A stretch of 64,000 nt of DNA from Bacteroidales bacterium UBA1195 (GTDB taxonomy: Bacteria > Bacteroidota > Bacteroidia > Bacteroidales > WCHB1-69): the NCBI GenBank assembly GCA_002309855.1, contig DBYD01000029.1, positions 10,521 to 74,520 on the forward strand, given 5' to 3'. The translations under genes were made by a program, and so were the position numbers. The notes below the pieces were generated by a model, which worked only from the letters and a program-made list of their open reading frames with translations, was not told the origin of the DNA and did no database searches. Below, one piece after another: positions 10,966-16,708 of the stretch (position 1 is its first letter; every line of letters begins with the position of its first letter).

Positions 10966-13457
10966 CAGCGTTTCCGTTTGGCGGTTTTTCCCGGTGCCCT
11001 ATGGTCTGCTGTCTGCACAATTTCCAGGCATTGGCTGTAGGTCATCTTTCCGGCCTCGCTCCCCTTGGGCAGCCTGTAGTTTTGGTTGTTGTATGATATG
11101 TATGCGCCGAACCGCCCTTTGAGTATTCTCATCTTTTCGTCCTCTTCAAAGCGGCGGAGGATGTTCTTTTCCTCATATTTCCGGATTACCTCCTTGGCCT
11201 GTTCCAAACTGACAGTATGGATGTCCGTTCCTTTTGGCAGGGCGAAGAAATGTTTTTTGTAAAGGATATAGGGGCCGAAACGTCCCACTGCGACGGAAAG
11301 CGGGTCGCCTTCCCATTCGCCGATTATGCAGGCTGCCTTGTCCTGGTCTGATTTCTTTTTGGCCTCCATGATTTCAATGCATCGCTCAGGTGAGATGATG
11401 CGGAGGTCTTCCGTCTTCGGTATGGCGTAGAATTTTCCGTCGTATTGCACATATGGGCCGTAGCGGCCTATGTTCACAACCAATGGCAGGCCGTTGTGGG
11501 TGCCGACCGTGCGCGGAAGCTTGAACAGATCCATCGCCTCCTCAAAGGTGATGGTGTCAATGCTCTGGTGCGGCAGCAGCTTGGCGAAACTTAGCGTGTC
11601 CTCGCTGTTGGAGCGTCCCATCTGCACCACAGCACCGTAGCGGGCCAGCTTGGCGTACACGTTTCGTCCTGAAACCGGATCCACACCCAACAGCCGTTCG
11701 CCGCTTGCCTTTTCCGAAGTTTCGAGTGTGGTTGTGATGGTTTGGTGGAAGTCCTTGTAGAAATCGGCAATCATCTTTTTCCATTCCTTTTTTCCCTGGG
11801 CTATTTTGTCAAAATCCTTCTCCACGCTGGCGGTGAACTGGTAGTCCATGATTTTTTCGAAATGGTCGTTCAGGAAACTGTTGACCACGTTGCCGATATC
11901 CGTCGGAAGAAGTTTGCCCTTCTCATAGCCGATTTTCTCCTTTTTGCTGCTGACGGTGATTTTCCCTTTTTTGCATGTAAGTATGCGGTATTCACGTTCG
12001 CTGCCCTCCTTGTTGCCCTTCTGCACATAGTTCCGTTTCTGGATGGTGGAGATGATGGGGGCGTATGTTGAGGGACGGCCGATACCCAATTCCTCCAGTT
12101 TGTGGACAAGACTGGCCTCTGTATAGCGGTAGGGCGGCATGGTGTGTTTTTCGGTGGCCTGGACCTGCTCCTGTTCCAGGGGCATCCCTTGGCTCAGGGC
12201 GGGAAGCTCGCGGCTCTCCTCCTCCGGCTGGTCTCCTTGTGACTCCTTGTACACTTTCAGGAATCCGTCAAACAGCAGCACTTCGCCTTCGCTGATGAAA
12301 TATTCCTCCAGGTCGGGGCTGGTGATGGTGACGGTGGTCTTTTCCAGCTTGGCATCCGCCATTTGGGATGCTAAGGTGCGTTTCCAGATGAGCTGATAGA
12401 GCCGTTCCGCCTGATTGTCGCCGGCTGAAATTGAATGGGTGTTCATGTAGGTGGGGCGGATGGCTTCGTGTGCCTCCTGCGCCCCTTTGGTTTTCGTGGT
12501 ATATTTGCGTCTTTTGGCATATTTCTCCCCATAGTTCCGGATGATTTCCGCTTCGGAGGTGGCCAGGGCGAGGTCGGAAAGGTTGACGGAGTCCGTACGC
12601 ATGTAGGTGATATGCCCCGATTCGTACAACTGCTGTGCGACCGACATGGTGCGTGCGACCGACATGCCCAGCTTCCGGGCCGCCTCCTGCTGCAGGGTGG
12701 CGGTGGTGAAGGGCGGTGCGGGAACGCGCTTTACGGGCTGGTTCTCCACCGCTTTCACGGTAAATTGGGCGCTTTTGCATTTCTCAAGGAAGGCACTTGC
12801 CTCATCTTCTGTGCGGAAACGGGTGTTCAGTTCCGCTTCAAACGGCACGCTGTCTCCGGAAGTGCGGAAGGTGCCCACCACCTTGTAGAAGCATTCCGGC
12901 TCGAAATGGTTAATTTCCTTCTCACGTTCCACCACTAACCTTACAGCCACCGACTGCACCCTTCCGGCTGACAGGGACGGGCGCACTTTGCGCCACAGCA
13001 CCGGCGAGAGTTCGAAGCCGACCAGCCTGTCCAGCACCCTGCGCGCCTGTTGGGCGTTAACAAGGTTGAAGTCCAGATCCCTTGGGTTCGCGATGGCCTC
13101 TTCAATGGCTTTTTTTGTGATTTCGTGGAAGGCGATACGTCTCGTTTTTTCTACAGGATATTTCAGTTCGTCCAGCAGATGCCACGAAATGGCCTCTCCT
13201 TCGCGGTCCTCATCAGTGGCGAGCCAGATGACATCGGACTCGTTGCCCAACTTTTTCAACTCAGCGATAATCTTCTGTTTGTTTGGCAGAATTTCATATT
13301 GCGGGGCAAATTGGTTGTCAATGTCAATGCCGATCTTTTTTTCCGGGAGATCCCGTATGTGACCCATGGAAGAGCGTACAGTATAATCTTTCCCTAAAAA
13401 TTTCTCGATGGTTTTGGCCTTGGCCGGTGACTCGACAATGACTAGATTCTTGCTCAT
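10965..13457 (-). CDS. topA: DNA topoisomerase I (type IA)
   Basis: TOPRIM N-terminus MSKNLVIVESPAKAKTIEKFLG..GHIRDL, active-site Tyr region GHITYMRTDS, and C-terminal repeated GR(Y/F)G(P/A)Y motifs. Confidence 0.95.
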   Translation of the reverse strand: MSKNLVIVESPAKAKTIEKFLGKDYTVRSSMGHIRDLPEKKIGIDIDNQFAPQYEILPNKQKIIAELKKLGNESDVIWLATDEDREGEAISWHLLDELKYPVEKTRRIAFHEITKKAIEEAIANPRDLDFNLVNAQQARRVLDRLVGFELSPVLWRKVRPSLSAGRVQSVAVRLVVEREKEINHFEPECFYKVVGTFRTSGDSVPFEAELNTRFRTEDEASAFLEKCKSAQFTVKAVENQPVKRVPAPPFTTATLQQEAARKLGMSVARTMSVAQQLYESGHITYMRTDSVNLSDLALATSEAEIIRNYGEKYAKRRKYTTKTKGAQEAHEAIRPTYMNTHSISAGDNQAERLYQLIWKRTLASQMADAKLEKTTVTITSPDLEEYFISEGEVLLFDGFLKVYKESQGDQPEEESRELPALSQGMPLEQEQVQATEKHTMPPYRYTEASLVHKLEELGIGRPSTYAPIISTIQKRNYVQKGNKEGSEREYRILTCKKGKITVSSKKEKIGYEKGKLLPTDIGNVVNSFLNDHFEKIMDYQFTASVEKDFDKIAQGKKEWKKMIADFYKDFHQTITTTLETSEKASGERLLGVDPVSGRNVYAKLARYGAVVQMGRSNSEDTLSFAKLLPHQSIDTITFEEAMDLFKLPRTVGTHNGLPLVVNIGRYGPYVQYDGKFYAIPKTEDLRIISPERCIEIMEAKKKSDQDKAACIIGEWEGDPLSVAVGRFGPYILYKKHFFALPKGTDIHTVSLEQAKEVIRKYEEKNILRRFEEDEKMRILKGRFGAYISYNNQNYRLPKGSEAGKMTYSQCLEIVQTADHRAPGKTAKRKR

Positions 13458-13482
13458 AAAAACAGTTTAAAAAAATCGGCTG

Positions 13483-13490
13483 CAAAAGTA
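13483..13490 (-). promoter_or_regulatory. Candidate Bacteroidetes -7 promoter box (TACTTTTG on the minus strand) upstream of topA
   Basis: Matches the TAnnTTTG consensus, 26 nt upstream of the topA ATG. Confidence 0.4.
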
Positions 13491-13613
13491 CAATATATTA
13501 ATGTATGTTTTTCGGATTCCGGAGCAAAAAAATAAACAGCGGATTGTTCGTGAGTGTAAACTGCTGCCGTTCCGGATGTTCGGATGTTTTTTTGCCGGAT
13601 GCCCCGCTGTCGT

Positions 13614-13646
13614 AAAAAAAGAAAGCGTCTGAATCAGACGCTTTCA
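13614..13646 (-). terminator. Rho-independent terminator downstream of tRNA-Phe
   Basis: On the minus strand the stem GAAAGCGTCTGA / TCAGACGCTTTC is followed by T7, immediately 3' of the tRNA. Confidence 0.6.
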
Positions 13647-13649
13647 AGG

Positions 13650-13722
13650 TGGTGCTGACTGGAATTGAACCAGTGACCTACGGATTTTCAGTCCGGCGCT
13701 CTACCTACTGAGCTACAGCACC
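13650..13722 (-). tRNA. tRNA-Phe (anticodon GAA), CCA encoded
   Basis: The reverse complement is GGTGCTGTAGCTCAGTAGGTAGAGCGCCGGACTGAAAATCCGTAGGTCACTGGTTCAATTCCAGTCAGCACCA. It folds as a cloverleaf with anticodon loop CTGAAAA and T-loop GGTTCAATTCC. Confidence 0.93.
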
Positions 13723-13739
13723 GCGCTTTTTTGAGTTTG

Positions 13740-13747
13740 CAAAGGTA
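13740..13747 (-). promoter_or_regulatory. Candidate -7 promoter box (TACCTTTG on the minus strand) for tRNA-Phe
   Basis: TAnnTTTG match 17 nt upstream of the mature tRNA 5' end. It lies inside a 20-nt motif shared with the ffs promoter. Confidence 0.45.
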
Positions 13748-13830
13748 GACAATTTTCAAATACGAACCGATAGTTTTGCAATAATTTTTTCTAACCCTTA
13801 AAATCAGTTGGTTATATTAAAAAATAACAA

Positions 13831-14185
13831 AAACAACTGCCTAATAAGCCGGATTCTGTAACCGGATTTCTCCGGTTTCTGTCATTTATCTGGGACATTT
13901 GTCGCCAAATGCCTCTATCGACCTACCCTCCGGGATCGGACGAGCAGCCCTCAAACCCCGGTTTACATGGTCTTTCAACCCATAAGGTTTACCGCACCGG
14001 ACAGTCACCTGCCGGTGTGTGAGCCCTTACCTCACATTTTCACCCTTACCCTTGCGGGCGGTATATTTTCTGTGGCACTTGCTGTACTTGTCGCCAAGCC
14101 CTTCCCGTTAGGAAGTATGGTGCTCTGTGTTGTCCGGACTTTCCTCTCCGCACCGGGCGGAGCGACAGAATGGGCAGTTGTTTTT
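13831..14185 (-). ncRNA. rnpB: RNase P RNA (bacterial type A)
   Basis: On the minus strand: the P4 5' element GAGAGGAAAGTCCGGAC, GTGCCACAGAAAATATACCGCC, GGGTAAGGGTGAAAATGTGAGGTAAG, and AGATAAATGAC...ACAGAATCCGGCTTAT. P1 pairing is AACAACTGCC / GGCAGTTGTT. Ends are approximate to about +/-5 nt. Confidence 0.9.
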
Positions 14186-14191
14186 GTAGCG

Positions 14192-14806
14192 TTACAGGAA
14201 ATCCACCGCGCCTTTCCCTTCCCGTGTCACCTCAATCTCCCCGTCCAGGCAGCGGATGACTGTTGAGGGCTCGTGGCCGCCGAATCCGCCGTCAATCACG
14301 ATGTCCACCAGGTCGCGGTAGCGTTCGTAGATGAGTTCGGGGTCGGTCTCGTACTCCACAATCGGATCCTTCTCCTTTACGGAGGCGTTCAGGATGGGGT
14401 TGCCCAACATCGCCACAATTGAGCGGGTGATGTTGTTGTCAGGGATACGGATGCCGACGGTCTTTTTTTTCTGGATCATCTTGGGAACCCTGCTGTTGGC
14501 CTCCAGCACAAATGTGTAGGGGCCTGGCAGCAGCTGCCGCATCAGCTTGAACACACGGTTGTCCAAAGGGCGGCAGTAGTCCGAAAGATGGCTCAAATCG
14601 GAGCAGATGAAGGAAAAGTTGGATTTTTCCCGTTTTTTGTGTGTCAAAGAGCAGAGGCGGTCCAGTGCCTTCGGCTGAAAGAGGTCGCACCCGATGCCAT
14701 AGACGGTGTCGGTGGGGTAGATGATGATGCCCCCGTCCTGCAGGCATTCCACAACCTGCTTGATCTGCTTTTCGTTGGTGTTCTCCTCGTACAGTTTCAA
14801 AAACAT
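14192..14806 (-). CDS. tsaC: L-threonylcarbamoyladenylate synthase (YrdC/Sua5-domain, TsaC type)
   Basis: YrdC-domain motifs IIIYPTDTVYGIGCD, GPYTFVL and VGIRIPDN. At 204 aa it fits the single-domain TsaC form. Confidence 0.85.
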   Translation of the reverse strand: MFLKLYEENTNEKQIKQVVECLQDGGIIIYPTDTVYGIGCDLFQPKALDRLCSLTHKKREKSNFSFICSDLSHLSDYCRPLDNRVFKLMRQLLPGPYTFVLEANSRVPKMIQKKKTVGIRIPDNNITRSIVAMLGNPILNASVKEKDPIVEYETDPELIYERYRDLVDIVIDGGFGGHEPSTVIRCLDGEIEVTREGKGAVDFL

Positions 14807-14828
14807 TTTCGCGCCTTTTTACAAAAAA

Positions 14829-14927
14829 AGGGTAAGCTACTCATATCGCATCGCTCAACCATTTTACCCTTGCTGCCTTCCGACCCTGGGGGAGTTCAAC
14901 AGGAGCAGATCGTATAAGACTTACCCG
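14829..14927 (-). ncRNA. ffs: Signal recognition particle RNA (small 4.5S type)
   Basis: The minus strand contains the domain IV signature CAGGGTCGGAAGGCAGCAAGG (a GGAA tetraloop flanked by AGG / AGCA loop residues). The terminal helix is GGGTAAG...CTTACCC followed by T7. A TAnnTTTG box sits about 5 nt upstream of the predicted 5' end. Confidence 0.7.
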
Positions 14928-14931
14928 AATG

Positions 14932-14939
14932 CAAAAGTA
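14932..14939 (-). promoter_or_regulatory. Candidate -7 promoter box (TACTTTTG on the minus strand) for ffs
   Basis: TAnnTTTG match immediately upstream of the predicted SRP RNA 5' end. Confidence 0.45.
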
Positions 14940-15018
14940 GACAATTTCCGGATATCTTTTGTTACTTCCGCCGAAATTTTTTTGCATGCGTATAATTGTT
15001 TTGTATATAAAAAAGCAG

Positions 15019-15026
15019 TACTTTTG
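15019..15026 (+). promoter_or_regulatory. Candidate -7 promoter box (TACTTTTG) upstream of the RayT-like gene
   Basis: TAnnTTTG match 8 nt upstream of the ATG at 15035. This would give a leaderless or near-leaderless mRNA. Confidence 0.35.
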
Positions 15027-15034
15027 CAAAAAAA

Positions 15035-15760
15035 ATGGAAGTGGATGAAAATAAATACAAAGGAAAATACCGTTTAGAATCGACGCGGTTGCAAAATTGG
15101 AATTACGGATGGAACGCCGTCTATTTCGTCACCATATGTACGAAAGACAGAATCCATTATTTTGGTGAAATTGCAGATGGGAAAATGAATTTTTCACCCA
15201 TAGGCGCCATTGCCGATGTGATGTGGCACGAATTGAAATACCATTTCAACAATATTGAATTGGATGCGTTTGTGGTTATGCCCAATCATATACATGGTAT
15301 TATTGTGATCAAAAATGTAAACGCCGACGACAACGGGGTGACATCGCATACGCGGGATGATTTGCCGCATATTTGGGGTGATTTATCGCATACCGTAGAG
15401 ACAACGCATGCGTTGTCTCTACAATCGCATTTACAATCGCATTTACAATCGCATTTACAATCGCATTTACAATCGCATTTACAATCGCATTTGCAATCGC
15501 ATTTACAATCGCATTTGCAACCGCACCAATCATTTGGACAACAACGGTTCCAACATCAGGGATCAAAAACATTATCATCCATTGTCGGTTCATATAAATC
15601 TGCTGTTTCGCGTCATGTACACCGATTGGGATACGATTTTGTATGGCAATCCCGTTTTTATGACGTTATTATCCGCAATGACATTGCATTGAACAGAATA
15701 CAAAAATATATAAACAACAATCCTGTCAATTGGAAAAAGGATAAATTTCATCTGTTTTGA
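15035..15760 (+). CDS. REP-associated tyrosine transposase-like protein (IS200/IS605 Y1 HUH family, RayT-like) with an internal repeat insertion
   Basis: N-terminus YKGKYRLESTRLQNWNYGWNAVYFVTICT, HUH motif VVMPNHIHGII, and C-terminal helix region GSYKSAVSRH...WQSRFYDVIIRN. No flanking terminal repeats are seen. Confidence 0.8.
   Translation: MEVDENKYKGKYRLESTRLQNWNYGWNAVYFVTICTKDRIHYFGEIADGKMNFSPIGAIADVMWHELKYHFNNIELDAFVVMPNHIHGIIVIKNVNADDNGVTSHTRDDLPHIWGDLSHTVETTHALSLQSHLQSHLQSHLQSHLQSHLQSHLQSHLQSHLQPHQSFGQQRFQHQGSKTLSSIVGSYKSAVSRHVHRLGYDFVWQSRFYDVIIRNDIALNRIQKYINNNPVNWKKDKFHLF
15395..15422. repeat. Perfect 28-nt REP-like palindrome GTAGAGACAACGCA|TGCGTTGTCTCTAC inside the RayT-like ORF
   Basis: Read directly from the sequence. 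It belongs to the same GTA(G/T)AGAC family as the palindromes at 43288, 60023 and 60127. Confidence 0.85.
15421..15528 (+). repeat. 12-bp in-frame tandem repeat (ACAATCGCATTT x8, plus one degenerate copy) encoding (HLQS)n
   Basis: Read directly from the sequence. Copies 7 and 9 carry substitutions. It starts within the last 2 nt of the palindrome. Confidence 0.95.
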
Positions 15761-15938
15761 CAGAATCGGGAATTATCCCGAAGATTTGGAATATGGCCTG
15801 CATTCACCACACGTTGAAGCAACCGCAGATAATCGGAAAATAATCTGTAGAGTTTTTTTAATGCCATATGTTCATGTGTTCTTTTTTTTTGTATTTTTGC
15901 AGTTCGAAAATATTCCAAAACAAAATTAATATAATCAC

Positions 15939-16634
15939 ATGGGAAAAAGAACATTGGCTATTGTCCCCGTCCTTGCTTTGTTGGTAGCGGCCTGTGGCGG
16001 GAACCAAAAGGAAAAGGAACAGAATATTAATCAAGAAAACGAGACTACAATGAACACACAAGATGTCCCCAACCGCACCAATATGGGTGCCAAACTGTAT
16101 GTTACCCCGCAGCCTGCGCTGATGATTGCCACCTATGACGCCGATGGTACTCCCGACGTTATGATGGCAGCTTGGGGCGGACAATATGAGAGCAACCAGG
16201 TCTGCTTCAGTCTAGGCAAACACATGACCACTGACAATCTGCGCCGCAACAAGGCCTTCACCCTCAGCTATGCCGATGCCCGCACGGTGGTGCAGAGCGA
16301 CTATTTCGGCATGGTGAGCGGCAATGACGTGAAAGACAAGGTGGCAAAGGCCGGCTTTACTGTGACAAAGAGCCCCAATGTCAATGCCCCCATTATCAAC
16401 GAATATCCGCTGACCATGGAGTGCAGGGTTGTGGAGATGCGCGACGATCCGGATGGCGGAGCCTGGGTGGTCGGCGAGATTGTGAATGCCAGCGCTGACC
16501 CCAGCGTACTGACGGACGGCAAGATCGATATCAAGAAACTCAATCCCTTGGTGTGGGACGGCTCCACTTTCAACTATTTCACCCTCGGTGATTCTGTCGG
16601 CAAAGCCTGGAACAGCGGCAAGGAGATCAAATAG
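15939..16634 (+). CDS. Flavin reductase-like (FMN-binding split-barrel) protein with a possible lipoprotein signal peptide
   Basis: Core segments PALMIATYDADGTPDVMMAAWGG, VSGNDVKDKVAKAGFTV and YPLTMECRVVE resemble the flavoredoxin/flavin reductase domain. The N-terminus LALLVAACGG is lipobox-like. An alternative internal start is M38 at about 16050. Confidence 0.7.
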   Translation: MGKRTLAIVPVLALLVAACGGNQKEKEQNINQENETTMNTQDVPNRTNMGAKLYVTPQPALMIATYDADGTPDVMMAAWGGQYESNQVCFSLGKHMTTDNLRRNKAFTLSYADARTVVQSDYFGMVSGNDVKDKVAKAGFTVTKSPNVNAPIINEYPLTMECRVVEMRDDPDGGAWVVGEIVNASADPSVLTDGKIDIKKLNPLVWDGSTFNYFTLGDSVGKAWNSGKEIK

Positions 16635-16656
16635 AGTTGTTACAAACTTGAACTGT

Positions 16657-16690
16657 AAAAAAAAGCACGCTTTTAGAGCGTGCTTTTTTT
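16657..16690. terminator. Bidirectional hairpin terminator between convergent genes
   Basis: A8-GCACGCT-TTTAG-AGCGTGC-T7, lying between the stop codons at 16634 (+) and 16709 (-). Confidence 0.6.
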
Positions 16691-16708
16691 GCGGGAAATA
16701 ATTCTGGT

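Noticed and set aside
13967-14266. A 99-aa plus-strand ORF.
   Set aside because: It lies entirely over the RNase P RNA gene and the 3' end of tsaC on the opposite strand. It has no protein features.
14721-15077. A 118-aa plus-strand ORF, and the 62-aa minus-strand ORF at 14841..15029.
   Set aside because: They cover the SRP RNA gene, two promoter boxes and the start of the RayT-like gene. They are an artefact of an AT-rich intergenic region.
15421-15528. A possible CRISPR array, given the regularly spaced short repeats.
   Set aside because: The 12-bp units are directly adjacent with no spacers and lie in frame inside a coding sequence. This is a microsatellite, not a CRISPR array. No cas genes are in the window.
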